Source: Eledone cirrhosa
Taxonomy: Eukaryota
NCBI GenBank assembly: GCA_964016885.1
Contig: OZ024740.1
Location: forward strand, 138,508,001-138,572,000
DNA: 64,000 nt
Direction: 5' to 3'
Shown here one piece after another: positions 23,130-36,465 of the stretch. Position 1 is the stretch's first letter. Every line of letters begins with the position of its first letter. The notes below the pieces were generated by a model. That model searched no databases. It was not told the DNA's origin and was given only the letters and a program-made list of their open reading frames with translations. Made by a program: the position numbers and the translations under genes.

Positions 23130-25650
23130 TAATGAAAATAAACCAAAGAAGCCTTCAATACATCAAAAGTCTTTATTAGCCAACAATGTTTCGTCCTATT
23201 CAGGGCAATTAAAGCTATAAGAAACACTATCATCCAATACAAGCCGAAAACTCAGAAGAATATGGAGTGTACATAGATTAAATCATAGGAAAATAATCGG
23301 GTAAAAATTAAGTAAAAAATTATCAAGTGAAAATTGCTAAGGAAGTAAGTAACATTTTGAACCATATTACAAATATAGTCCAATGCAAAAACTAGAGCTA
23401 AAACAGAGGTGGTGATATAGAGCGGGAATTATTGTACTATATATAATATAATATAATATAATATAATTAATAATGATAATAATAATAATGTTAAAAGGCC
23501 CAATATTCATATATATATATATACATATGTACACATATATACATATATATCAATACACATTTCCATCAATAGAAGCACAAACTAACCCTTATTAAGAGTT
23601 TAAATATAAATAAGAATAATTATAATAAAAATAAAAATAAAAATAAAAATACAAATTAAAATAAAATTAAAATATAATACATATAATATTTACAGTATAA
23701 AATGAAGAATAAATGATTAAAAGTAAGCATAAAATATATAATAAACTATATAATTATATAATAGATAATCTCCGGTTAATTTGCACAAACAATATAAATG
23801 TTACAATAACACTAAAATCACTATATTACAATATAATGGCATATAACTTAACAAATCATATAGAGTTACAGTCCGGGTGAGAAAAAATATTGTACAGAAC
23901 TAAATTATATTGGAAAAATTATGTTGGAAAAATATCAAAACCATTGCAAGAAAATAGATCAAATTTCTATACAGTTGGTGTAAATAAATATTATCCGAAC
24001 ATTACAAAAATTATAAGAATATAAACATATTACAGGATTTACAGAATTTAACATAACATAATGGTACATTTGATAATCGGTAAATAATAATGATCAGTAG
24101 TACGTTTACAAAGAGTGGAATGATATAAAATTTCAATATAAAATATTGAACATAGTATAATATACATAATTACATGGTTGGTGGAGAGACATTTGTGAAT
24201 AAGTGAATGAGAGCCAGACAGACTACGCACGGTAGTATATATAAATAAATACAATCAACCGGAAATCGAAAAACAAAATCAAAAGTATTTACTTAGGTGT
24301 CGCATGCAGTTAAGTAAAAAATTTAGGAAACAAACCCGGATAAATGGCTAGAAAACCCTATTAAATTAATTAATATTGAAAGTACTTAAAATACATAATA
24401 AGTCCATACAAAATTAGCTATGGTTTAAGTAATCAAAATCCCCGAATTTAAAGATATCACTATAAAAATATATCTGGAAAAAATGAAGTATTCAACTATC
24501 AGTTGAATAACGTTATCTAATAAACAGACTTTAAATAGAGTTATGGTAGGCCAATGGGGACAGAAAAAAGAAATGTATGGAGGATATGAAAGAGCATAAA
24601 ATCATAATCAACATACTGTATTATACAATAGAAAGGAGCGTAAAAGGGAATTGGATATAATTATAGTATATTTGAAGGGACGAGTGACAAGTATGTATGT
24701 GTGTGTGGGGGGGGGGGGGGGGGTAGTTATCCAAAGAAGAATCCAAATAAAATAAAATAGAATAATATAATAAAAATAAAATAAAATATATAATCAGATA
24801 TAAACTCATAAGGTGTTAATAGTGAAAATATAATATTTAAGAAGATAGAAATGGTATGGTAGCCAAAAGATTATGAAAGCTATAATGAAAAGCTGTCAAA
24901 AGCCAATGATAAAAATGATGATAATGATGGTGGTAAACATAATAAACCTTAACTAAAAAGATAAGGGAATGTAGCAGCTAATGGATACAATTTACACTAC
25001 TAGAACCTCTAGGTTTATAATAAAAGTAAAAATTTGAAATGGCGTGGGGAAAAGAAGAGAATATCTCAGACTTTCTATTAAGTAAGGTTTCCCTAGAGAA
25101 AATTATAGAGTGGGTCTCAAGGATACAGAGATTGCAAAATTTAGTATGTGTTGAAAGGTTATTAGAGCGTGCTACTATACGCCAACTAAGGCTATATGGT
25201 ATATTAGCCCCCTTAAGATCCCAGATATGGTGTGCTAAAGAAGTAGAATTCTTAAACTTAACATGTTTAAAATTAGAGATATGAGAATTAAACCTAGTCA
25301 TAAAAGTGTTAGATGTAGAGCCTATATACGTGCTATTAAAAGAATTAGTTTTAACCACACAAGCATAAACGATGTTCTTAGAGAGGCAGTTACCGTTTAA
25401 AGGGCAGTTAGCACTCACTCTACAGTTACACTTCCGGGTGTTATTGATCGGCTGAAGTAGTGATACGTCGCACGTAGGATTACTATGAGATAAAGTCTGC
25501 TCTGATGGTAAGGCATTTACGGATCTATTCTGACTAGTAGTACGTAGAGAGGAGTATCCATCCCTAATTTTCCCATTGTTAGTGCTAGCTAAATGAGAAC
25601 TAATATTAGGGGTGGTAGAGAATGAAAGTTGAATTACATTTTTATTAAAA
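23130..25650 (-). mobile_element. 5'-truncated Naiad-type PLE with long AT-rich 3' region, bounded by (TA)n
   Basis: GIY-YIG ORF remnant followed by about 1.8 kb of AT-rich sequence similar in character to 53400-54620; TA runs at 23108-23130 and 25650-25660. Confidence 0.75.
24978..25650 (-). pseudogene. PLE C-terminal Cys-rich linker and GIY-YIG endonuclease
   Basis: FNKNVIQLSFSTTPNIS, CNCRVSANCPLNGNCLSKNIVY, YIGSTSNTFMTRFNSH, LAHHIWDLK, CNLCILE; homologous to the 55645 ORF. Confidence 0.88.
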
Positions 25651-25659
25651 TATATATAT

Positions 25660-26345
25660 AGAATAGAATGAAACGAAATTTCATTTCTCACTCTTAGTAC
25701 GGCACTTACTTAAATGTAAGTATGTATGTATACCTATATACATATATGTATACAGACGTACAGTAGTATGTATATATATACATACATGCACACATATGTA
25801 TATGCACGTATCGGTTTACCGAACATTTATTATAATGCTCGGTTTGTTTGTTTGTAAACAAACAAACAGTCCGAATTACGCCGTAAAGTGTTTAGGCAAC
25901 CACGTCACCTTTTTGTTCAACACTGACACAGGAACGATGTACTAGTTTCGAGCTTATTAGCTATCGTCAGCATCGTATACCTTCCTGCCAGATGGTTGAA
26001 CGTCTGAAAGTATATACTTTCCTTATGCATATTAACGGCTGAGCAGCCTAATTTGCATATCGAGTGAGTTCAGTCGGCCGGGCGCACCGAAAACGATAAA
26101 TGGAATAGAATGAAACGAAATTTAATTTCTCACTCTTAGTACGGCACTTACTTAAATGTAAGTATGTATATATACCTACATACATATATGTACGGCGTAA
26201 TTCGGGCTGTTTGTTTGTTTACAAACAAACAAACCGAGCATTATAATAAATGCATATATATATGTGTGCATGTATGTATATATATACATACTACTGTACG
26301 TCTGCATACATATATGTATCTAGGTATACATACATACATACTTAC

Positions 26346-26348
<3 letters not shown>
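25660..26348. repeat. Rearranged TA-flanked module with direct and inverted duplications around a hammerhead
   Basis: 25660-25750 is repeated directly at 26103-26191; about 25709-25885 is repeated inverted at 26190-26349. Confidence 0.8.
25934..25976 (-). ncRNA. Minimal type I hammerhead ribozyme
   Basis: acgatg CTGACGA tagc taataa gctc GAAA ctag TA catcgt: stem I perfect, palindromic stem III actagt, one mismatch at the base of stem II. Confidence 0.75.
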
Positions 26349-26420
<72 letters not shown>

Positions 26421-26509
26421 ACCTGCACACATACACTATAATAATATGCCACATGTAATTGTAAATATTTTATTTTTTGTTCGTAACTTTCTGATGTGAC
26501 TGCATTATA

Positions 26510-26690
26510 TTGTCACCGGTAGAGAGTCGGACGCCATGGTTTCCAGCATAGTTACGTCCCTTTACGATCTGAGTTCAAATCTCGCCGAGGTTGGCTTTGC
26601 CTTTCATCCTTACGGGGTCGATAAACTAAAGTACCAGTAATGCACTGGGTACTTGCTGGCCTTGTGCCTAAACTAGAAACAATTATATTG
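26510..26690 (+). mobile_element. SINE family A
   Basis: ctgagttcaaatctcgccgagg..ctttgcctttcatccttacggggtcgataa..gctggccttgtgcctaaactagaaacaattat. Confidence 0.85.
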
Positions 26691-26799
26691 TCACAATGTC
26701 TTAACTGCTACAAGCGTATATATTTCTCACATATATGCACATATGCTTACTTACAAACATATACATACCTACATACACTCTTCCTTGTCTGCATCAATT

Positions 26800-27665
26800 A
26801 CCTATTAGTCATCAGATCTAAGAACGCCTGCTATTAACAAGATGATACCACACTTCATTCTTGCACACTCTTCCCCAACCAAGCGTCACTCATATGTATA
26901 TCGTGGAACTAACACAGTTTGTACTAACTCCATGAACATATACTTCAAAACATCGTCCAATAGGGCCTTGCTATACTTCTCTCAACAGTGTAAAAAACAC
27001 AAGTAGTACTCCTATTACAGAAACATCGCATTTCACCCTCGTTAAGCTTGTGCAGCACGCAAATAGATCCCTTGCGATCATTTCAAATGTTTAGCGTCAC
27101 AATCACTGATAGTCTTTCATGGCAAATGCACATCTTTAACATAGTTGTGCTTGTATCTGAAAGACTGGCTCTTCTCTTCCGGGCCAGAAAATTGCTGACT
27201 CTCTACAATGCACAGGTGAGACCCACAATGGAGTACTAGAACGTAGCTTATTGCATACACAGACATCCTAGACTGCATTCATAGAAAAGCTGTTCGACTG
27301 ATTATCACAGAACGCTTCAGCCTCTGACTCACAAACGTGCCATTTCCTCACAATCTACCCCATCTGCCACTACTACAACGAACTCTGCTCCTTTGATCTG
27401 GCTGCTCTCAAACCACCACCACAGCAAAACTGCCGGTGAACCCATCTCTTCTCCTCTCATCACCTACTGTATATTCAACTACCAAGGCCGATGCTACCTA
27501 TTATGCTCAATTCCTCTTGATCAGAATGTCAGTCCTCTGGAACTCCTCCCCCTAGCATATTCGGCTTACAACAATTTAAGCAGAACAATAGTAGCATCAA
27601 TTTCTCCGGCCTCGAAGAGTCCGTGAAGGCCATGACTACTGAACCTTCCTCTATACCTATCGAAA
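26800..27665 (+). mobile_element. Decayed CR1/L2/Jockey-like LINE 3' fragment
   Basis: DDTTLHS near 26841 and LFRARKLLTLYNAQVRPTMEY, typical RT thumb-region motifs; many stops. Confidence 0.6.
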
Positions 27666-27996
27666 AATATATGAACATACAAACACAGAAAACTTAGAAG
27701 TTTTATACAAAATTCTTTGATAAAATGAAATTGACGCTATATTAAAGTTAAGATGCATTTAAGAAATGCAGATAGATACAAAGAAAGAGGAAGGGAGAGA
27801 GAGAGAGAGATAATAAGATCACAAACTGGCAATGATTTCGCAAACTTTTGTACATAATGTAACTCGAATACTCATCTCTCTTTATCTTTTTTCTTTATAT
27901 CTTTCTCTCTTTCTTACTCTCTTTTTCTTAACGTTGATATAATTTCAATTCTATTTCATCAAAAGATTCTTTTTTCTAAACTTTCAAGCTCTACCC

Positions 27997-28076
<80 letters not shown>

Positions 28077-28224
28077 GTGTGTGTGTGTGTGTATGCATGT
28101 ATGCATGTATTATGTACGTATATACGTATGTATATAAGTATACATGTATGTATATAGAGTTTAAAATACAGTGTACTGCAACTATAACGCAGCTGGAGTA
28201 ATATCTTATTATTATGTGCAACAG

Positions 28225-28440
28225 TGAGGGCAGTGGATTGACAGTAGCGGTAAAACATCGGACAATATGCTTTGTGGCATATAGGTACGACCCTCTACCT
28301 ACAGAGTTCATATCCCGCCGAGGTTCAAATCCCGCCTTACATCTTTACGGGGTCGATAACATACTGGAGTCGATTTAATTGACTTTACCACTTCTCTTCA
28401 AGTTGCTGGTCTTGTGCCAAATCTAGAAACAATTATTAAT
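28225..28440 (+). mobile_element. SINE family A (long variant)
   Basis: Head catcggacaatatgc, gagttcatatcccgccgagg, ggggtcgataa, tail gctggtcttgtgccaaatctagaaacaattatt. Confidence 0.8.
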
Positions 28441-28519
28441 TGCAAAAGTATGTAGACTTTAGTTTAGAAAGTTACGAATGGTTTCACCCTCCATTTTGAA
28501 GAGTTACTGCATTTTCTGT

Positions 28520-28800
28520 TATTTTCGTAATCATGAAATTCAGAGTTTGATTCCACTGCATAAAATCTTGGGCAAATGTGTTTTACCATCTTCTCCTATT
28601 GACTCAAGCCATGTGAGTAAAATTGAGTAGACGGAAACTGTGTGGAAGCCCGTGGAATGGTCTGTACCTATAACTCTGGTCCTGTTGAATCTTGTGTCAC
28701 GCTGACCCTACCTGAGGATTACGTCAGCAACTTACGTGCCAGTTTAATTAATGGGTAGTACAGTTGATTCACCAACTGGATACTCATTGTCGAAACAGAT
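28520..28800 (+). mobile_element. Decayed SINE-like repeat (family C)
   Basis: gagtttgattccactgca B-box-like, cttgggcaaatg, gacggaaactgtgtggaagcccgt; similar pieces near 11050-11160 and 48400-48540. Confidence 0.45.
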
Positions 28801-28856
28801 GGTGATCCATACACTGTTGGAAATATAGAGATTAACTTTCTTGATCGTCCGTTAAT

Positions 28857-29128
28857 CTAAAGTCTAAAGTCTGTCTTAAGCCATTTAAGGCTCGTTACGC
28901 CGGTGCTTATCCCAGTTTCATGGCGGACTCCACCCTGGACAGGACACCAGTTCATCGCAGGGTTAAACTCCCAGCTACTGCTGGTACTCATTTTCAGCTG
29001 AGTATACTGAAGCAACGTGAAATGAAGTGTTTTGCTCAAGAACACAACACACAACCCAGCCAGGAATCGAACCCACGGCATTATGATTGTAAGTCCAACA
29101 CCCTTACCACTAGGTCTCGCGCCTCCAC
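28857..29128 (-). mobile_element. tRNA-derived SINE family B, full length
   Basis: A-box cctagtggtaag, B-box ggttcgattcc, central gtgttcttgagcaaaacactt...ccctgcgatgaactgg, tail agactttagactttag; matches 60220-60520. Confidence 0.85.
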
Positions 29129-29199
29129 ATTCCGGTAATCAGAAGTATTTAATTGGTAATTAGCTCAATTGATTTTTGAAGCTAGAAGGAACAATTGAT

Positions 29200-29480
29200 T
29201 AAAATACCGCCAATACTCGACTGGTGGTTTATTTGATCAATTCTTTGAAATGATTGAAAGCAAAGTTGATTTCGGCAGTATTTGCACTAAGAGATAAAGG
29301 CCCGTCATTAACTGCCGCAGGACATTTCATCCGGCGCCTTTGCCCCTAGATACAGTCGTAGAACCATTAGAGCGTCGGATAGAGCAGCTTGCCGCATTTA
29401 TTCCAGTTCTCCATGGCAAGAGTTTAAATTCTGGTTAAGTAAATTTGGACTTTCATCTTTACGGGGTGGATAAACAATTT
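29200..29480. mobile_element. Two decayed family A SINE fragments, back to back
   Basis: Minus piece gaaagcaaagttgatttcggcagtatttg; plus piece ccattagagcgtcggata...ctttcatctttacgggg. Confidence 0.5.
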
Positions 29481-29865
29481 ACCACTCAAGTCCAAAGGTT
29501 GATTCTTCTCTTTCTTGTCACTGTCTGTCCCTCTTTCTCTCTCCACCCTCTCTCCCACTACTTTCTCTCTCTCCTCCTTCCTTTCTTTCTCTCCCACTAC
29601 TTTCTCTCACTCCCCCTTTGTCTCCCCTCTCTCACTTTCTCTCTCACCCTCTCTCCCGTCATCAGCTATGTTGCACTAAGAGAAGGGTCGTGGTGGATAA
29701 AAGCGCCTTCTTCTCCAGTAATAAATAAGGATTGAGAGCTAACACCCTCTTCTTATTGAAAAAACACTGATCTGCTACTGGAACCGTTAAAGGACCGCAC
29801 AATGAACAAACAGTACAGCATGCGACGGACATTAAGAAACACTCCTATGTAGACGTGTATAATAA

Positions 29866-30030
29866 ATAATTGTTTCTACTTTAGGCACAAGGCCAGCAAT
29901 TACTCAGTGCATTACTGGTACTTTTTATCGACCCCGTAAGGATGAAAGGCAAAGTCAACTTCGGCGGGATTTGAACTCAGATCATAAAGGGCCGTAGCTC
30001 TCTGCTGCAAAGCATGGCGTCCGACGCTCT
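29866..30030 (-). mobile_element. SINE family A
   Basis: aataattgtttctactttaggcacaaggccagc...gggatttgaactcagatc. Confidence 0.88.
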
Positions 30031-30524
30031 AATAAATAATACAGGATGTACATGTTTGGAACGCCATTGATCGTAGGTCCGTTCAGTCAACTTGCAACTA
30101 TTCAAGAGAAATATTAACTTCCCCAATCTGAATAGTCTTGGGAGTGTTCCGATGGTAGACATAAGAACAATTTAGCGTCTCTCGAATATATTTCCTTATA
30201 TATTTCGTAATAATCCAAATTTCAAAATGAAATACGTTTTCAAAATTGTAGATTAGGTTTATGCTGTCGACATAAATACATACATACATGCACCCCCACA
30301 CATATACACACACATACATATATATATATATATGTATGGTGCTATTAAGTAAGACATGGACTGGGCCAATACGGGCCGAAACGTATCAAAGTTATCAAAG
30401 TTATATATATATATATATATATGTGTATGTCTGTGTATGTATGTATATATATATATGTATATGTATTTATATATAAAAAGAAGAAATATTTGAAAAACTC
30501 AGATTATATATATATAATATAATA

Positions 30525-30620
30525 TAATTGTTTCTACTTTTGGCACAAGGCCAGCAAATTACCCAGTGTATTACTGGTACTTTATTTTATCGACCCCGTA
30601 AGGATGAAAGGCAAAGTTGC
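30525..30620 (-). mobile_element. SINE family A 3' half
   Basis: taattgtttctacttttggcacaaggccagc...aggatgaaaggcaaagt. Confidence 0.85.
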
Positions 30621-30640
30621 TTTCATCACGTTTATTGAAT

Positions 30641-30725
30641 GGTGACGCGCGTTTCGCTATTGATCAGCTCAAGGTTCGATCTGTATCGATCTGGCTCGAC
30701 TCTGGAATCAAAAGCTCGTCGGACC
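30641..30725 (-). ncRNA. Hammerhead-like fold with long stem II (core U4 mutated to C)
   Basis: ggt CCGACGA gcttttgat...atcaatagc GAAA cgcgcg TC acc; palindromic stem III acgcgcgt, GUC cleavage triplet, short stem I. Confidence 0.55.
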
Positions 30726-30926
30726 TCTGTTGTTGTAATGACAGAATATCATATACATATATATGCTTGTTAGGTGTGTAACAACAGTTACAGGCGGCGC
30801 ACCCTCAGAAGTACTCAATGCTGTTACGAGGTCAATTTCGTTCGGGTTGTTCAATATGGAAACAATTGTAATATGCAAATAAAGTTTGTACATATGTTGC
30901 GACACTAACTTCGACTCTTAAACCCC

Positions 30927-30961
<35 letters not shown>

Positions 30962-30963
30962 CT

Positions 30964-31005
<42 letters not shown>

Positions 31006-31805
31006 TATTTGTAAATCATAGTTGTAGAAATGATATCACATTGCTGTAGAAAATCTATGTTATTATCCTGTTTGATTTGATATAAAGATGAAATTGGAAT
31101 GTTTGATAAAAACGTTTACCTTCCACAAATATTCTGAAAACGAACAGAACGAAGCATACAATAATGAAAATATCACGTTCACTTCTTTATTTCCAAGTAA
31201 TTGCAATAAACTTTCACCTTCAGAAAGAGGATGTACACTGGACAGCATTTATGCCCATAAGTAATGTATACAGTCTCTTGCCTAGGACCGAAGTCCCATG
31301 TGAACTGATGAGAAATTATAACTATAGCAAAGATAACAACAGCAACGTAATTCTTTAAGAATTCTTCATAATATGACGATCTTTCTAGACATTTCAAGAA
31401 TACTTACATTATGGGTAATTGGCACAGAGTAGTTGGTCCACATTGGCGAGGTAATCACAAAACCGAGGTGGGGCAAGACAAAAAGAAATTAAAGATGATT
31501 AATCCGAAGAAACATGAATATTTATGTATACATCTGTATAAACATATAAGTAAATATATATTTATATTAGAACGTTTGTTGTTATCCAAATATCATTCAA
31601 TTATATTATTAGCTCTTGTTGGTGTTGTTGTTGGTGCTGTTCTTGCTGTTATTCCTATTATTTATATACTATTGTTGTTTTGTTTGTTTCCTTTTGAATA
31701 AATTTTATCTCTCGGTAAACTTCTATTGATCCTTTTTATGGCGTCGGTGCTAGTTTTTTAAATTTATATATGCATATATAATTTGAAGATGTATACCTTA
31801 ATATA

Positions 31806-31839
<34 letters not shown>

Positions 31840-31849
31840 AGTAAGTAAG

Positions 31850-31938
31850 ACCCCGACGGCTGAGCTCAAGCCGTTTCGACGGCTAATTCTGAGCTTGGTG
31901 CGTTATGGTCCACCTGGTTCCTTACCACTTTTCCCTCG

Positions 31939-31940
<2 letters not shown>
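31850..31940 (+). repeat. Internally deleted copy of the hairpin repeat at 60969
   Basis: accccgacggctgagctcaagccgtttcgacggctaattctgagct then tggtgcgttat..cttaccac; TA tracts on both sides. Confidence 0.8.
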
Positions 31941-31990
<50 letters not shown>

Positions 31991-32049
31991 ATGTATAAAC
32001 GTATATATATCTATGTGTGTGTAAAACAGAAAAGCAGATTTAATTTGTT

Positions 32050-32082
<33 letters not shown>

Positions 32083-32424
32083 GGGTGTGTATGTATATGT
32101 AGATATTTCAAATAGTTGTGTATTATATATATGTGTGTGTACGTCTGTATATGTATATTGATGAAAATATGAGGTTTATAAGAATAATGTGATTTAGGGT
32201 GTTTGAGTGTGAATCAGCGTTTCTGTGTGAGTGCATATATAATTTGATTTCCTTTTGTGGTAATTGGTATTATGTCATTAATTAAAATATTCAATTAATT
32301 ATGATAATATTTTTATTTTATCATTTTTCTTTCATTTGTATATAATTAAGCATTACTAATAATCAGAACTTATTGTTGTTCTTGTTGTTTGAAAAGGTTA
32401 ATTGTGGTGGTGGTAGAAGTGCTG

Positions 32425-33130
32425 GGGTTTAGCCCCAGGCCAATCTTTATTTAGTATATCACTGATCAAAGCGATCCAGCTATGATCATTCCATCATATT
32501 TTCAAACAATGCATCAGGACTATTATCCAAAGTGTGTCCTATGATTGAGATGGATCAGTGTGATTTCAGGAGTAATGGCTGCTTTTTCTAGCAGGTCCAC
32601 GTAGATGTTCCTTACTTGTTAGTGTAGGGAGTGATATTTTTGGCGATCGTTTTTAACCCTTGATGAGACATATGATCAAAAACCTTTTAGTCGTGATCAT
32701 CCCATATTTTTATATATCTAGAACTCATTGTGTAATATGTCCTTCCCTTTTTAAAGCTGGTAGGATGTGATTACAGAGAATTTGGCTGCTATTTTTACAA
32801 AGTCAAGTGAGCTCGGTGAAGTTTTCTCGGTATTGTTGTTGATGTTTGTATATTAGTATTGTTGTTCGTGTTATGGTTGTTGTTGTTGTGTATTATTGTT
32901 GTGTGTTATTGCTGTGTGTTATTGTTTAACCCTTGATCAACCCTGATCGAGTAGACCTATGATAAAAGACATTATTCTAGTCGTGACCATCCTGTCTTTT
33001 TTAATGATATCCAGAACTTACATTATTCAATATGTCCTTTCTTTTCTTATTTAAGACGGGGTGTGTGTGCTTAGAGGGATATTTGGTTGCTATTTCTAGC
33101 ATGTAGAGAATCCTTTGTTGACTAGTTGGT
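32425..33130 (+). repeat. Three tandem copies of repeat family D, partly separated by GTT-rich spacers
   Basis: Units start near 32430, 32655 and 32927 (ttaaccc..tatgatcaaa..gtga(t/c)catcc..atttggctgct(a)tttctagca). Confidence 0.75.
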
Positions 33131-33306
33131 CGCGTTATTGGTGTTGTAGGTGTAATGTTGTTGTTGACGTTGTTATTGTTGTTGCTGTTATCGAGAGGAG
33201 GAGAAGGTAGGGATTGAAATGGATAGATAGATAGACAGACAATGAAGGAGGTGGGTAGAAAACGATAGAGATAGATAGCAAGAGTGGGCGAGGTAATGAG
33301 AAAGGG

Positions 33307-33342
<36 letters not shown>

Positions 33343-34084
33343 AGAGGGGGAACTAGAGATACAAAGAGATAGAGAGAGGGGGAGAGAGGGGGAGAGAGAG
33401 GAAGAGGAGGAAGTGAAAGACAGCAATGTTAATTTGTCACTTATAAATAGCCATCTTTGGCTGTAGGTGTAAATAAAAAAATGTCTCCAGTTTTAGTAGA
33501 AGGCGATTGTTATATGACTAAACTTGTCTCACTTCAGACCCGTGGCGGTGAAATCGACATGTAAGAAAACAACAAACAAACAAACAAGGAACACGAAAAA
33601 GCAAAACAAAAGTAAATTAATAATAATGTTAATAGTGCAAAGCTTTGAGTGTATGTGTATGTGACGTATGTATGTATTTATGTGTGGACGGACATACTAA
33701 CTCACACATGGACCCATATAGGGAGATACGCATACACAGAGTCGTACTCATGGAAACACGTACACACGCACACACACACATATTTTTATATACACATACA
33801 TTCTACTGCTATTATACACGCAAACACACACATTGAACCACGTGAACACATACGTAGATATACACGCATACACTTTCAGCTGATTCGGACAGAACAATTA
33901 TTCGGGAAGGAATGAGGAGCAATTTTTACTTTAGTATCACCAGTGGTGGGAGTGGTGGGAGTAGTGGGAGTAGTGGGTTGTGGGTGGTAGTGGTGGTAGT
34001 AGTAGTGGTAGTAGTAGTGGTAGTGGTAGTAGTGGTGGTAGTAGTGGTGGCACCAGTGGTGGCGGTGAGAGTGTGACGGTTGTT

Positions 34085-34372
34085 ATTTCTCCTGAGACCA
34101 GCTCTGATTAAGCAGTCCTATTATCAAAGGCTTTCCAGCCATGACCATTCCGTATTTTTCCATTGTGCCGTATCCCAGGACCACATTATCCAATGATTCC
34201 TATTCTTTTTTATAACGGCAGAGTGTTATTTGTAAGCGATTTGGTCGATAAAGTACCAGTAATGTACTGCGTATTTGCTGGCCTTGTGCCAAAAGTAGAA
34301 ACAATTATTTCAAAGCGATTTGCTGCTATTTCTACCAGAGTGAGCGACTATATAGAGGATCCCTCGGTGGCT
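34085..34372 (+). repeat. Family D copy interrupted by a family A SINE tail (34243-34309)
   Basis: The D unit breaks at gatttgg, the SINE tail gtcgataaagtaccag..gtagaaacaattatt follows, then D resumes aagcgatttgctgctatttcta; aagcgatttg is duplicated on both sides. Confidence 0.7.
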
Positions 34373-35286
34373 CGTGGTTGTGGTTGTGGTGGTGGTGGCG
34401 GCAGCGGCGGCAGAGGTGGTCGTGGTCGTCGATTCGTCGTCGTCATCGTCGTCGTTGCAGTGGATCCGTTTATAGTTGTAGTGATTGTGATAGTGTAAGA
34501 CATAGTGGTGATGGTGTACATAATAGTAATTATGGTGTTGGTGGTTGTTGGTGTTGGTTGTGATAATAGTGGTGGTGAAGGAAGTAGTTGTCAAAGAGGT
34601 GGCAACGCAAGCCCGTTATTAGCAGTCGGCTGTCCGTTGGTAATATCCAGGTAAATAATATCCAGGTATGACACAAGTAAAAACAGGACAAACAAACAAA
34701 CAAAACAAAGTAATGATGTTGTTGAGAAACATAAAAGGAAGATAAAATGACGTTTCGGAGAGTTGTTCTTTGTCAGGATAGAAGAAAGAATAGAAACCTC
34801 TCTCCACATAAAACGGGAAGTGAAACCAACCAAAAAATAAACACGATGTCAAGTGAGAGATAAACCAGCCAGGATTCTAAACAGTAACTAAAGATGCTTT
34901 TTTTAGCATAGAAGAGTGAGCATGAAGTAATAAGCATGAGAAGCGTAGGAAAATGTAATGATGTATGTGTTTATGTGTTTATGTGTGTGTGTTTATGTGT
35001 GTGTATGTGTGTGTGTGTGTTTATGTGTTTATGTGTGTGTATGTGTGTGTATGTGTCTGTGTGTTTATGTGTTTATGTGCGTGTGTGTGTGTTTATGTGT
35101 GTATGTGTGTGTGTTTATGTGTGTATGTGTTTATGTGTTTATGTGTGTTTATGTGTGTATGTGTATGAGGGGGGGGGGGGGAGTGAATAGTGAATTAAAT
35201 CAAATGTGTCTGCAAGGGTGTGTGCCAATGTGCCGATGTGTGTGTAAAAGCATGATACTGTGTGAGGCGTATAAACAAGACTTCCC

Positions 35287-35322
<36 letters not shown>

Positions 35323-36465
35323 CCCCCTCTCTCCCTCTCTCAAACACAGACATACATAGTACACACACTCACACACTTTCCCATACACCTTCACATTTCA
35401 CCACTTCTCTTTTGAAAGTACATTCACACAAACTTCACTACCAATCCACCACTATGGCCTTGGTGATGATAATGATGATATTGATGAGAGGGAGGGTGAC
35501 CATGATCATGATGATCATGATCCTGAAGGTGATGACGAGAATGATGATGATGATGATGATAATGATAATGATCATTGATAGTGGAGTGATTATTGTGATG
35601 ATGATAATGTTAATGGTTATGATGATGATGGTGATGCTGGCGATCATAATGATGATGGCGATGATGATGATGATGATGAAGAGGAGAAGGATGTTGATGA
35701 TAAGGGTAGTTGGTGGTGATGGTTGATTGTGGGTTGATGATGTTATTGCTTATACACGAACTAGCCTTTGCCTTCCCTGAAGATTAATAGTTAAAAACAT
35801 TCCAGGACTAGTCAATATATTTAAAAGACGCTGTGATTTGAGGGAAATTTGGCAACTATTTCTAGTAGATCGAGCATAAAAGCTACCAGAGTAGCTCGTT
35901 GATGATGGTGATGAAGAGGAGTAGAAGTAGGAGAGGAAATAATTAGGAGAACGAAGGGAACGTGGAGGTGCTTTTAATCTAAGTAATAGCCTCAAGGACA
36001 TGTACTGGTCTGTGGTTATTGGTTGTTGTTAACATTGATCCAGCACACCTTCAAGCCGTCTCCATTCTGTCCTTCTATTTCTGCCTTGTCTACAATGATA
36101 TATTCATACCTTACTTTCACCCCCCCCCCCCATCTCTGTGTGAAAATCGTTGATATTAACTCAACGGTCTCCGGCCAACGCTTCATCCACTCCATAAATC
36201 TATTAGATTGCAGTAACACCACTGCAACCAGCAGTTCAGAGCGCACACATCTTAGTTAATAGCAAGTATGGTGGCTGTGTTTATATATATATATATATAT
36301 GGTGGATGGATGCTACACGAGAATGCTGAGGATGGCTCTGAACAATAATCAGTATACACTGAGGATGTAGAACTCAGAGCTGGACAAGCTCACCAACATT
36401 CAGAGTTGACACTGCACTCAGTGTTCTTGTGAACACACTAGAAGAGAAGGACCGAGGTTGACATA

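Noticed and set aside
29050-29128. tRNA genes (also 60220-60290)
   Set aside because: A and B boxes are present but continue into SINE bodies, with no acceptor stem.
35262-35726. Met/Ile-rich 154 aa ORF
   Set aside because: Derived from a (GAT)n trinucleotide tract.
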